DNA of 63,967 nucleotides, filler included, from Chiloscyllium plagiosum (lineage: Eukaryota): the NCBI RefSeq assembly GCF_004010195.1. It is 6 parts of one record of this genome, joined end to end, with 100 filler letters (N's around TTAATTAATTAA, not from the genome) between each part and the next. Parts side by side here need not be neighbours in the genome. Positions count along the whole stretch, not along the records: positions 37,075 to 44,566 come from NC_057717.1; positions 44,667 to 50,777 come from NC_057717.1; 4 more parts are not named here. One strand, 5' to 3'. Of the stretch, positions 36,975 through 49,377 are shown one piece after another. Position numbers and translations under genes: made by a program. The first letter of the stretch is position 1. Each line of letters opens with the position of its first letter. The notes beneath the pieces are model-generated. The model searched no databases and was not told the DNA's origin. It was given only the letters and a program-made list of their open reading frames with translations.

Positions 36975-37672
36975 NNNNNNNNNNNNNNNNNNNNNNNNNN
37001 NNNNNNNNNNNNNNNNNNTTAATTAATTAANNNNNNNNNNNNNNNNNNNNNNNNNNNNNNNNNNNNNNNNNNNNTAAACAAGTAGGAGGCTTGAAGAGCA
37101 CAACTAGCCAGGCTACCTCAGAGGTGGAGAAGTCAACGTTTAGTGGGTACCAATTATTCACGATTGGGGCAGTCCTCGAAGGACAGCCTCCTGCCTGTTT
37201 ACCCCTCTGATAATGTAAACACAATCGGATTTTAAAGCTAGTAGTGAAGAAAGAAGATGCCAAAAGGGTCAATTCCTCATTTTATGGAAGTTGGGCCCTC
37301 CTGAGGCCTTTGTCACTTTCAAAATATGTGCCTGTATAGTTCCCTCTATGGGTCAAAATGAGGTTCAGTTCTCCCGCAGTTCATGAACAAATTTGACGGT
37401 ATCTGACATCAGTCTCATTCACTGGTTCATTTGAGATTAAAACTTTGCAGGGTAAGTCTCATTCAGATGAACACTTCAGACGTCAGGCTGTGGGCCAATT
37501 AGTGGGAACTGGAAACGAGAATATTTGCATGTTTGATGACTGGCACTAACAGAATGCATTATTCTGTGCTGTAAAAGCACGCTGTCACGATCACTCTTTT
37601 TTGGAAGGAATTTCTCATCGCAGGAAAAGAAAGCTATGCTGTCAAGTGAAGAAACAATTGCACAAGCTGTCC

Positions 37673-37744
37673 TTCCTGGTCGACTAGTGGTTACGATGTA
37701 GCGCTTTCACCGCTGTGGTTTGAGTTCATTTATTGTTCAGGGAA
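37673..37744 (+). pseudogene. Decayed tRNA-Glu (TTC)
   Basis: ttcctggtcgactagtggttacgatgtagcgctttcaccgctgtgg...gttcagggaa, against TCCCTGGTGGTCTAGTGGCTAGGATTCGGCGCTTTCACCGCCGCGG...GGTCAGGGAA. Confidence 0.7.
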
Positions 37745-39779
37745 TCTGGATTTATTGTTCCTGATAAAGGCAACAACAAAAGTAGACAACCTTTGACAGG
37801 AATCGTATTTCAAACGCGTCCGCATGTGCCTTGCATAATTGTACAGGGCCGCAAGGTGGCTCACTGGTTATCACTGCTGCCTCACAGCGCCAGAGATATG
37901 ATTTGTCGACAACTGGGTCGACTGTCAGTAAGGTGCCTTATTCAGGAGCAAATGAAGAGAAAAAGGGTAAGGAATTGTTCTGTGAGGGTTAATCCCTGGA
38001 GGATTGGTTGTGCATTTGTTGCATCGAATAGCCAGTTTATGAACTGTAGGCATTCCATGTTACCTTATTGTGTTGCTTTAGCACATGATCAGGCAGGGGA
38101 GAAAAGTGAGGAAAAACAGTCACGACCCAATCAGTGATTGATCCATTGTGTGACAACCAACAGATATACTTTTGACTGAACTAGCTCCCATTTTCCCTAC
38201 ATTGGTAATGGCAGGATACAGCATTAGAGCGGGTTTTCATGCGTTGTTTTGGCGCCAGAATCCTTTCTCAAGATGTACTATACTGGGACATAAAGAGATG
38301 ATAAAAGACATGGATGGCGATGACTGGAATGAAAAGACGTCAGGAAGAATGGACAGCGTTTACTTGGAAACAGAAAAATGGAAAGGAAGCCAACGATGTA
38401 GTGATGGATAATGCCATTTGAAAAGACAAGGAGGGGTTTCATGGGATGATGGAAAAGATGAATATATCATGTGGCGTGACACCAGGTAAAACTGAGTTGT
38501 GTCCGTATAGATGGTTTCTAGGCGATGTGAATTTGGTGAGAGTAAACAGGAGGGAAATTCCCTCATTCGGATGGATCTATATCTAGAATATAGAACTTGC
38601 AAACCAGCGATGAATCATAAAGAGAAGTTTGGAGCTCGCATTCTTTTTCCTTCTACAGCTATTGAACTCGAAAATGATTACTTTTTCTCAGGAAAAAATA
38701 TTCAGAAGCTGATTCTAAAATGTTTGTAAAGACGCGTGCAGACACACAAGGAGTGGATTTCACCGGGACAGGGAGTCTGGCCGGCCAGGATGGGTACGCG
38801 TTAGGTGCACACTCTCCAGTTGGTTAACGTTAATTGGAAAGAAACCTCGTAACACCTGCAACTGAGCACGACTAAGTATAGAATGAGCTGATTGTGAGGA
38901 AAGGTTTAGCAGCTTGTTCTACGTGAACTTCTATAAATTGTAAAAGATCTTTGTGTTAGCTCAGCATTGAAGGGAAGCCAGCTAGCTTAGTCCGCTGCAT
39001 AACTGGTTTATGATATAAAGTGATGCCAACAGTATGGGAATAATTCTCGAAATGTCTCAGCATACCGTCAGGATCCTGATCTCCCCACTCAGCTAATACT
39101 TTAGAAGATGGCGACAATCAAAGTGAAACTATGCTATCGTGTGTTGGAACTGACCTGCCGATGTAATGCGCCTTTGTTCTTTCATCTGTTGCATTGGAAA
39201 ATTTGGCTGCAATCACAGAGAAGGGAGTGAGTTCATTTGCTGCTCACTCATCTCCCCCAAACATATCGAGTGACAAGACACGAAAAAATTCCTGTTTGAA
39301 TTCTGTAATCTTCATAGCAGTACTTAAAAATATCTTTGTCATTTCTAATCCAGTTTTTCTGATAACAGGCAGAATGGCCAATGAGACAAATCTAATAATT
39401 TTTGGATTGTTTTAATGGACTGTGCGAGTTTGCAGCAAAATCAGTAATATGAAACGAGCTAAACATCCTTTCCAGAATTTAACACAGCGCAGGATCAGCG
39501 ACATGAGAAACGTCATCGACTTCAAAAATCACCTCTGTATCTCTATTGAGTGATGGATATTCACTCAGGGAGTCTTTATGGCTGGTCTTCATTAACTGAG
39601 GTATTTCTCAAGGACAGAACACTCCAAAAAAAACATATGTTTTTGAATAAATGCTGTTTTACTCAACGTTCTTTTGCAACTTTTAGATATTTTTGCAGAC
39701 ACACACACACACACACATACATACACACACATACATGCATGTGCACACACATTTATATATATAAATGTGAGAGCTAAGA

Positions 39780-40508
39780 GTTTTCAGTAATGTCCCTGAC
39801 ATTTGAATCTGCGGAAAGTGCACGCAACTCCATCTCTATGGCAACAGCTTTAGGGAACTGGAGCTGAACATTGGATCTTTCTAGAGTCTGAGGTGAATTA
39901 AGAGGAGTTATAGGGAGGCAGTTACAATTCAGGTACAAGAAAAAGGTCGATGGGATACAGTCGGGAGACGAAAAGGGAACAGGCAGTCAGTGCAGGCATC
40001 TGCTTTGGCTGTGCCAATCTGTAACAAGCTTACCGTATTTGTTACTTTTTGCGGGGGAAGACCTATGAGTGGTAAGCCATGTTGTACAGGTCTCTGGCAC
40101 AGTGTTTGTCCCTGTGATCAGAAGGGTAGGGGAGAGGGGAGGAGAGCAATATTTATTGGGGACTACATAGCGAGGGGTACAGATTGCAGTTTCTGTGGGT
40201 ATAGGGCAGGCTCATGATTGATGTGATACCTCCAAGTTACCAGTTGGAGGTATCAACTCCCTGCAACTCCAAGTTTGTGTCGCAGCGTGTTTTCAGGATC
40301 CTTAAGTGGGAGGGGGAGCAGCCCGAGGTCATGGTTCACATATGAACTAACAAAATATGTAATAAAAGTGATGTGGATATATGATAGAAATTCAGGGATC
40401 CAGGGTGACATCTTAGATCTAGATCAAACAGAGTTGTTTTCTCTGATTGGTTACACATGCCACGTTATAGTGAGGGAAAGAATAAGGAGAGAGCAGATGA
40501 ACACGTGG
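39780..40508 (+). mobile_element. CR1 LINE ORF1 (esterase/SGNH-like) remnant
   Basis: RRAIFIGDYIARGTD (GDS-like block); inverted paralog at ~59590-60300. Confidence 0.65.
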
Positions 40509-43500
40509 NNNNNNNNNNNNNNNNNNNNNNNNNNNNNNNNNNNNNNNNNNNNNNNNNNNNNNNNNNNNNNNNNNNNNNNNNNNNNNNNNNNNNNNNNNNN
40601 NNNNNNNNNNNNNNNNNNNNNNNNNNNNNNNNNNNNNNNNNNNNNNNNNNNNNNNNNNNNNNNNNNNNNNNNNNNNNNNNNNNNNNNNNNNNNNNNNNNN
40701 NNNNNNNNNNNNNNNNNNNNNNNNNNNNNNNNNNNNNNNNNNNNNNNNNNNNNNNNNNNNNNNNNNNNNNNNNNNNNNNNNNNNNNNNNNNNNNNNNNNN
40801 NNNNNNNNNNNNNNNNNNNNNNNNNNNNNNNNNNNNNNNNNNNNNNNNNNNNNNNNNNNNNNNNNNNNNNNNNNNNNNNNNNNNNNNNNNNNNNNNNNNN
40901 NNNNNNNNNNNNNNNNNNNNNNNNNNNNNNNNNNNNNNNNNNNNNNNNNNNNNNNNNNNNNNNNNNNNNNNNNNNNNNNNNNNNNNNNNNNNNNNNNNNN
41001 NNNNNNNNGCCAATTCTGAATCCAGACCGCCAAATCTCACTTTAACCGATACTTCCTGACTTTATGAATGAAACTCCAGCCCTCTTCATTTAACCAAGTT
41101 TGATCACTGGTCACAAGTCATAACCCTCCCATTCATCTGCTTCCCATTCCCTTCCATTTCTTCGTTGTCATGTCTTTAGAATGTACTTTCTTGAGAGCCT
41201 TTGTAAATTTGTACAGTGCATCTTGGAGGCTGTCATTGATTTTTACCATGCAGAAGGACTGGTTAATACTTCCAACAGTCTCTCACACACTGATTAAAAG
41301 GTAGAGCCTTTAGGAACAGCTGAAACAAAAATAGACCAGGTTGCTTCAGGATTAAAGCACCTATCACGGCCAAGAACAGAGAGAACTCCTGAGCAGGTGA
41401 AGACTTCTCTGTATCTTGTTCAGAGTACCCAGTTGTTTAGTTGCCTGAGGACCAATCACATCGTTGCTGGCAGTAGACTGACTTTGTCATTGGTGAATTG
41501 GTGGCCAATCATCAATGAGCTCCTTGTTACAAACCAAACTTGCATCTGTGTATCACTCCGTTCATCTCCAATCGCATTTCAATTATTGGGTCACACTCAG
41601 GTGAATTGCTGTCAAACCTTGCAGCTGTCCACAACTTATAATCTGTTTGTAAGGTCGCTCTTTTCATATTTTAGTCCACAATTGAATTCAATTATTTTAA
41701 AAAAAATGTTTTTTTCTATGTCTTCGCCCCGAGAAAACTAAATTGCCATTTCAAAAACGTATTTTCTTGCAAATTACATGATGCACATTTTTTTAAAGAA
41801 AGTGCATTCTATTTATTTTGTCCCTTCTTGCAATGTTATGCAACCTTTGCATTTCTTAAAGCTTTTACTTATTTCATCATTTCTATTTTAGGACATTACA
41901 TCTGAATTCACAATAGGTTTTCTCGTGATGTGTATAATTAAACGGTTACAACAAACGACATCATCAAAATATCTTGCATTGTTAAATTGAAACTTTTAAA
42001 AAAAGGCCAGTGGATTACAATCTATGCAATTTTGTATTTCATTGTTCTTTGTTGGATAGTCTTCGAAGTGCAGAACATCCAACAGCAATCCCAAAGTCCC
42101 CTTTCATATGGTAGAGGACTTTTTCAATGATCGGTATTGATTCTAATAGAAATACCCTCCAGGTTCTAAATTCTTAATTCATTATCCTGGGATAAGAAAG
42201 CACTTCGACCCAATCCAGGAGCATCAGCGGCCATTTTGAAAAGACTGGAAAACGCAGGGATGGTCAAAATAGGTTCACAGATTCAAATTGCTTTCATCCT
42301 TTCAACATTAACTCGTCCACTGCTAACGAAACCACCTTTCTCTTATTCGTTCAAAAACTTGTTAAAGGTACAGCTGTACAGCTAAAATTATGGTCAACTT
42401 TCCTGTAAAGTCAAACAATCCAAAAATCTATTAATTTCTCATTTAGTTTTAGGAAATTCTACTGGTATCACTTTTGCTATCTCCATCAACATCTGTGTGC
42501 TTGTGTGAGCATGTCTGTGTGACTGGGCGTGCACGTGTATCTCTGTCAGTCGATATGTGTGCTTCAGTCTGTAGGAGTCTCTGCACATCTCTCTGTATGT
42601 GTAATTGTGTCTGAGCATTTGTACCGATTTCCATCTGTCAGACACATAGAGAGACAGGGACAAAATACACACATACAGAGGTACAGACAGATTGGGGTTT
42701 AAACTCCATTTCAATTGTTAGAATCCCGAAGACAACAGAGGGCCCGTTGCACAGAGTACAGGCACAGAGATACATAAACATGGAGACACACACTAATGCA
42801 CACAATGAGACACAAACACACTCACATAGGCACAGATAGACAGACAGAGATAGATGTGTAGACACACACAGAATCACAGAGACAGGAATGCACGATAATG
42901 CATACTCACATTCAGAGAAACACATGAATAAATCCAAACAGAATCAGTGTGCAGTAACTGACACTGTGCTGTGTCTAACCATCTGTACCACAATCTGTGT
43001 CCATCAGCTCGTTCCCAGTTTTTACAGATGAGGTGTTGATGAGAAAGTGGAACAGTCGCGTGAGGTTTCTCAGCATAATATCCGTGAAAAGGTGAATCTA
43101 GTTAAAAGTTCATAGTCATTTCAGCAACGGTCAGACTTGTGCACCACATCCGTGTAATCACTGGATGTCCAGCTGCGAAATGGATTGATGAGGACAGAAA
43201 GTAGTTATGTTCTCCATTATTAAGTAGAATTAACTTGCAGTGCAGCTTGCTCCGCACCACAGTCACAAACATTATCTGTCTCCACCACGCACACTCAGTA
43301 GCAGTGAAGTGTACCACAGACATGATGCACTGTAGAAAATGCCCAAAAATCCTCACAGAGCAGCTTCCAGAACCACGGCATTATCGGGTGGAACAGTGAG
43401 CACAGCAGACACAAGGGACACCAGTTGTCAATTCCACATCCAGCCACTCGCCACCCTGATTCGGAGAAACGTCTCAGTTCCACAAGGTTGGAAATCCTGG

Positions 43501-44666
43501 AACTCCCTCTTTCAGATTATTATGGGTTTATCTGGACAAAATGAATGGCAGCAGTTCAAGTGGATAACTCATCGTCAACTTCGCCAGAACAATTATATCT
43601 GAGTAATACGCGGTAACTCAGAGGCAAAGGGCCAAACACGTTAATGAATCACAAAAAAAAGTTCACTATTTGGAACCCACTTGCTCCAGTGCTGAGCTTT
43701 TGATTAAGTTGTGTCCATATTCCAGAAAATTGAAATACTATTTCATTTGAATGTACCAAATTCTGAACAGGCTTCAAAGGGAAGTTGGTGAGAAATTGAT
43801 CCTGTGGGTTTGGGTATCTGAAACACAATAACACAGTCTCAGGAGATGCAGCAGAGCTCTCCAGGTCTGGCAGCACGTGTGAAGAGAAGTCAGTGTTAAA
43901 GTTACACCATTTGCAGATCTTTTAGTTGTTATTGCCACACTCTCAGGATAAGGGATAGGTTATTTGGGAATGAGATGAGGAGAGCGCGATTAACTGTAAG
44001 GCCTCTGATCTTTAATATTCCCTGTCCCTGACGATTGCTGATGCACGCTCACTGAGTGCATTTCAGATTGGAAGACACAGATTGCTGGTGTCTAAGGGAG
44101 TCACGCTAAATGTTCATTGTACAGGAAACTGGATATGAAATCTAAATCTAATTTTGATTGGATTGACTACTCGAACAGCTGAACATTTTAAACAGGCTGT
44201 ATAGACCCCTCTTTCTTTCTTCAGCGTTACCCCCATTCCAATTGTTCAGTAATTATTACTTTTCTAACTTCCTACCGCTCTGCTGAATTCCCCTACTCTC
44301 ATAACATATGAGCTAACCTTTCCCTTCTCTCGGCAGATGTTGCATGACCTTATCAGATTCCTCTGAATGGCCTGTGTTTGTTTCAGCGAGAATTACATCT
44401 CCCTATTCCTGTTTCTGTGAGACGAAACATTCTCCAAACCGACTCCTTTAATTCTATTTGTTCACAGAGAAAGGAGGCATTGTTCTGTCCAAATTCATAA
44501 CATGCTCAGAAGTGCATCAATATATTGCGAGGATTTTAAAAATAAAATATCTTAAACATAATGAAANNNNNNNNNNNNNNNNNNNNNNNNNNNNNNNNNN
44601 NNNNNNNNNNTTAATTAATTAANNNNNNNNNNNNNNNNNNNNNNNNNNNNNNNNNNNNNNNNNNNN

Positions 44667-46514
44667 ACCTGGGTCTCTGGATTATCAGTCCTATGAAATT
44701 ATCACAAGACCAACGCAGAAAGCCATAAAAGCTGATCTTTTCCAATAAAATGTCTTTTCACCAAAACTGCCCTGGGTATTTTCCATGAACCTGACGCTCC
44801 AATTATCTCTGGCCTATGTCAGTAAAAGCTGCCACATGGGGATTGATTTCACAACCGCGGTAACCAAATGGATCGACTTGTTTGGAGGTCCCGATGGTGG
44901 GATTGGGGCATGTTCACCTTGCAACAGTGACCGCAGCAGCAGCACAGACAGAACAGTATGAATGTGAAAAAAAGTGATAGATTGTGCATTGCCACAAAGA
45001 AATGGGAGGAGGGATGGAAAGGAGGTTTAATGATCATGGGAAGGAGAGGATTCTCTGACAACGGGCGTGTTTGAATCCTGATATATGAAACGCAGAGATG
45101 TGAGAGAGCGGAATTTGAAGGTAAAACAATTAATTTCTTAGCATGTGTCACAAAAAGGACAACGGAAAGAACACTTAGTGCCGTGATTTGGTTTCAAATC
45201 GAAGTTGCTGTGGTCACAATGCAAAATACCGTCAACCACGATCACAGCAACCACAGAACAGGATGCTTGCAAGCAGCAATAAGTACACTAGCAGAGGAAA
45301 TGTTCGGAAGAACAGCAAATGTACGATATCAGTAGTCAGCGAAAAGTGACAGATATGTGGTAACTGAGAATGAGCTGAATCTTTAATTTCGATGTCCTCA
45401 GAGGCTGTGGAGATCCCTTCAATGAGAATTCTGAAAAATGAGATTGATCGATTTCGACAAAACATCAAAGACCCGGGGGGCAGTACAGGATAGTGTTGAA
45501 ATTTATGCTTCAATAGCATTTTAGCTTGACATCGGCACAGCCGCCCAGATCCAACCAGAAATGTGGATGGGAATGAGCGCGCAGAGGTACTCTCTGTCTC
45601 CAGTTATGCAATAGGACAGCATCCTGTCCTTCTGTGATGGTATAAAGGCGCAAGAAATTCCTCGGTTGAGTGTGCTCCTGCTCAAGGGAATGGTTGTCCC
45701 CGTTTATACTATCATAGCGATTTACAGTGCATCTTTCTAAGACAGCTGAGTTGCACAACTGGAACGTGTTGAGCCGTGAACTTTGCAGTGGTGGGTTTAA
45801 AAGATGACTTTGCTATTTGGATCCGTGTTTCCGAAACTGGCGGTGTCAGTTACATTTGCTCAGTATCATTTTCTTCCACACAGTCAATACTTCAACCTGG
45901 AGAAGATGGTTTTGGGCTGATATTTTAAACTAGTCATCCTTGGCGACTGGGACACGGAAACGGTGATGTTACAGTTCAACGAATAAAACCTGACTTCAGA
46001 AACGGAGATAATAACTTTATTTCCTGCAATTCCATTCATTCATGTCCCTTATGCAGGGGATTCTACCATCTTCACCCAGTTCTGCCTACGAGAGACTCCA
46101 GGACCAGAAAAAAACATGAGCTGACCCTTAATCCATGAATCCCCATCGCGTGGGTAAGCAGGCTCGTCGGCCCTTCCAGTCCACACGGTCCATCCAAAGC
46201 GCATCCCACCAGACCCCGCGGTATTCCCTATCCCATAAGCCTGCGTTTCCCACTGTTGATCCCTGTAACTGACACATCTTTGGTCAGAGGGAGAAATAAA
46301 AATACAAACACGCAGAGAATGTGTAGATTGCCCACAGACAGACAACCGAGGCTGGGATCGCGCCCGGGTTTGTGGTGCAGCCATATAGCATCGAACAAGG
46401 GTCGAAGAAAAAATGTTGTCCTGACCAGTGATACTCACACCCTGTGGATGAATGAGAAACAATGAAAACACTTTCACAATATGGAAAACGGGATTTTATA
46501 TTTGTGTGGACACA
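44667..46514 (-). repeat. Segmental duplication block X; inverted paralog at ~55687-57287, third copy from ~47680
   Basis: ORF-track translations match pairwise (45510-45758 minus vs 56422-56673 plus; 44849-45151 minus vs 56806-57093 plus); contains a V-SINE at ~46150-46400. Confidence 0.9.
45179..45248 (-). pseudogene. Decayed tRNA-His (GTG)
   Basis: Minus strand gctgtgatcgtggttgacggtattttgcattgtgaccacagcaacttcgatttgaaaccaaatcacggca; positional paralog of 48979-49050. Confidence 0.65.
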
Positions 46515-46690
46515 ATTTGAAACGGTCGTTCACCCTGTGTAGAAAAAAAGGAGGCCAATACCACAGAGAAAGCAGAGCAATGGGGGAACTGCTGGAAGGG
46601 ATTCAATTAACCACAGAAATGGAAACTAATTTAATCAGTCACACAAGGGAGAGGCCGTTCACCAGTCCCGTGTGTGGGAAGGGATCACTG
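46490..46690 (+). pseudogene. Decayed C2H2 zinc-finger gene fragment
   Basis: SHTRERPFTSPVCGKG (HTGERPF-C..CGKG linker), preceded in another frame by GNCWKGFN; frameshifted, with Cys/His lost. Confidence 0.65.
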
Positions 46691-47249
46691 AGCAAAATAT
46701 CCTCCGGAGACTCCAGCAGGATTACATATCCCATCAGGTGTTCGATTATGCTGTCAATGTTGCTGTTAATCCCAACCAGCTGCCTGCCCCATAGCGTCTC
46801 TGATTCACTCATGCCAGTTCGGGAAGCAAACTGTCATATTCATCTGCTCTGTCCCACATGAGACTCCAGATGGATAATATCGTGGTCGACTCTTAAATGC
46901 CCTCTGGGAAATAACTGATATACGAGGCATGAATAAATTTATTTTAAAAATCCCACTTTCCCATTCATTTTTGGAATCAATTGTCCTTTACATGTTACAA
47001 ACGTACCCTCATCCAACACTTCCTCAGCAAGTTAATTGCACACGTAAAGCACCTTCCCGAAAAAAAAGCCTCACATGTCTTTTTTTATTAAAATCTCTTT
47101 TCATCTTAAACATATGCCCAATCGCCTTGAACTCCCCATCCTGGGAAAAGGCAGCTATCATTTACTCTAAAATGCCTCTTAATAATTCATAAACTTCTGT
47201 CAGGTCGCCGCTCAAACCCCTAACCTAGAGTGAAAACAGTCTCAACTAG

Positions 47250-47400
47250 GAGAAAGTGAGAACTGCAAATGAGAGATCAGAGTCGAGAGTATTGTGCTGG
47301 GAAAGCACAGCAAGTCAGGCGGCATCTGAGGAGCAGGAGAATCGAAGTTTCGGGGAAGAGCCTGATGAATGACACTTCCGCGAAAAAACATGATTCTCCT
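47250..47400. mobile_element. Penelope pseudo-LTR-derived short repeat (partly palindromic)
   Basis: aaagtgagaactgca...gcacagcaagtcaggcggcatctgaggagcaggagaatcgaagtttcggg...cctgatga...gaaa...gattctcct; same family as 48062-48190 and 63085-63215. Confidence 0.65.
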
Positions 47401-48061
47401 TTTGAAACTTAGATAATCTCCGTCATTGTCTACAATTCTGGTGTCACCTGCAAACCTACAGTTCCACTGTTTTCTCATATAGATCGATGATTCCTATTTA
47501 CTTGTAGTGGCCGTGATTTAGCAGTGTACAGATCACACTGCTAAATCACGCAATTGACCATGAGGAAGAAAGCCGCAGACTGCAGGGAGATATCAAACAA
47601 TTGGAAAGAAAAATGGGGAAAGCAATTCATTCCAGGGAACTGGTTGATAGTGATGCAAAATTAAACTTCAAACCAGCTGCCCACTCTCCAGTTCTGGCAC
47701 TCAGCTCTCTCAGCAAGATGCACTGTAGATTGCTGTTATTATAAACGGGAACACATTTTCCCTTCTGCCCCGCTTTTGACCAGAAGCCCTCCCAACCTCG
47801 GAATTGCTTGCGCCTCTAAACCATCATAGAAATACCGTGCATTCTCCGATTGTGTCACTGGAGCCACCGAGTATCTCTGCGACCTCATTCCCATCTCGAT
47901 TTCAAGTTGGACCTTCGCGACTGCGCCACTCAGTTCCTCTGATTCTGGGGTTAGGAACTGGGACTATGTGGCAGCAGCGTTTACTACCTTGTGTGGGGAA
48001 ACTCGTGAAGTAGCCGATGTTAAACTGTATTGCTATTGAAGTATACATTTCAACAAAAGCT

Positions 48062-48730
48062 TGGTAAAAACATTGACTGCAGATGCTGGAAACCAGATTC
48101 TGGTTTAGTCGTGCTGGAAGAGCACAGCAGTTCAGGCAGCATCCGATGAGTAGTAAAATCGACGTTTAGGGCAAATGCCCTTCATCAGGAATACAGGCAG
48201 ACATCCTGAAAGGTGGAAAGACAAGTGAGAGGAGGGTGGGGATGGGGAGAAAGTAGCATAGAGTTCAAAAGTTGAGTGGGGGAGGGGATGAAAGTGATAG
48301 GTCGGGGGAGATGGTGGAGTGGATAGGTGGAAAAGAAGTAAGGCAGGTAGTACAAGTCAGGGCAAGTCATGGGGACAGTGCTGAGCTGGAAGTTTGGAAC
48401 TGGGGTGGGGGAAAGGGAGATGAGGAAACTGTTGAAGTCCACATTGATGCCCAGGGGTTGAAGTGTTCCGAGGTGGAAGATGAGGCGTTCTTCCTCCAGG
48501 CGTCTGTTGTTGAGGGAGCGACGGTGAAAGAGGCCGAGGACCTCCATGTCTTCGGCAGAGTGGGAGGGGGAGTTAAAATGTTGGGCCACAGGGTGGTGTG
48601 GTTGATTAGTGCGGGTGTCCCAGAGATGTTCCCTAAAGAGCTCTGCTAGGTGACGTCCAGATTCCCCAATGTAGAGGAGACCACACCCGGAGCAACAGAT
48701 ACAATAAATGATATTGTTGGATATGCAGGT
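48062..48730 (-). mobile_element. 5'-truncated Penelope-like retroelement (GIY-YIG endonuclease plus 3' pseudo-LTR) with 10-bp TSD
   Basis: IIYCICCSGCGLLYIGESGR..LFREH..PVAQHFN..RRLEEERLIFHLGTLQPLGINVDF; direct repeat aacaaaagct at 48052-48061 and 48731-48740; empty site in the paralogs at ~56770 and ~45490. Confidence 0.92.
48155..48193 (-). ncRNA. Minimal hammerhead ribozyme motif in Penelope pseudo-LTR (one core substitution)
   Basis: Minus strand cCTGATGA-a-GGGC-attt-GCCC-tAAA-CGTC: CUGANGA core, 4-bp helix II, GAAA mutated to UAAA, palindromic ACGU helix III and GUC site. Confidence 0.65.
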
Positions 48731-48978
48731 AACAAAAGCTGCACTTTCCCCGCAGTCTTTGGTGTTTTGGAGAAATCTATTTATCTCAGCCTTCAGCACA
48801 TTAATAATGGAATCACCACAGCCTCTACGGGCACCAATGTTAAACGGTCAGCCCATTATGAGTTCCCACATATCTGACACTGTTCGCTAAGCATTGATAT
48901 TGTGCATTTGGCGCTCTGCCTAACATTTCTAATGATACTTTACTTATGGGTGGTTGTTCGTGCGTCCGTTGGTGTGCT

Positions 48979-49050
48979 GCAGGGATCGCATAGTGGTTCC
49001 TATTCTGCGTTGTGACTGCAATAACCTCGGTTCGAATCGGAGTCACGGCA
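48979..49050 (+). pseudogene. tRNA-His (GTG) pseudogene, the best-preserved tRNA in the window
   Basis: 72 nt with 11 mismatches to vertebrate tRNA-His. Anticodon GTG and B box GGTTCGAATC retained; acceptor and T stems have mismatches. Confidence 0.85.
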
Positions 49051-49256
49051 GTAATTGCTCTGCCTGTCTCACTCTTTTGTGAAACACAAAGGAATCAGTT
49101 GTTTTAACATGGTAATTTTCTCCAAGGTGATTTTTTTCCTTCAAGTTCTGCTCGCTCACATCTCTGTGTTTCAGAATTCAAATCCACCCGTTCTCACAGA
49201 TTTCTTCCCTTCTACGATCAGTAACCGAACTTTCCATCCCATACCCCCACTTCATT

Positions 49257-49377
49257 AATTTGGAGATGCCGGCGTGGGACTATGGAGTACAAAGTTAAAT
49301 ATCACCCAACACCAGGTTATGGTCTGACAGGTTTAATTGAAGCACTAGCTTTCGGAGCGCTGCTCTTTCGTCATGTG
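49257..49377 (-). mobile_element. Short Penelope pseudo-LTR-type repeat carrying a hammerhead motif (49343-49377)
   Basis: Minus strand cac-aTGACGA-aaGAGC-agc-GCTC-cGAAA-GCTA-gtg: helix I cac/gtg, helix II, palindromic AGCU helix III; C3 mutated to A. Confidence 0.65.

Larger units (their letters stand above)
37297..40508 (+). repeat. Segmental duplication block Z; inverted paralog at ~59588-62772
   Basis: Continuous reverse-complement similarity, e.g. gttcagttctcccgcagttcatg (~37363) vs catgagctgcgggagaactgaac (~62683); also tccagaatttaacacagc.caggatcagcga at ~39471 vs ~60620. Confidence 0.9.

Noticed and set aside
41028..42470. Possible LTR-retrotransposon fragment
   Set aside because: No terminal motifs, PBS/PPT or coding motifs that I could support.
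42480..42940. Cys/Val-rich and His/Thr-rich ORFs
   Set aside because: Degenerate (CA/GA)n low-complexity sequence.
48979..49050. Functional tRNA-His gene
   Set aside because: Eleven substitutions, including acceptor- and T-stem mismatches; called a pseudogene instead.
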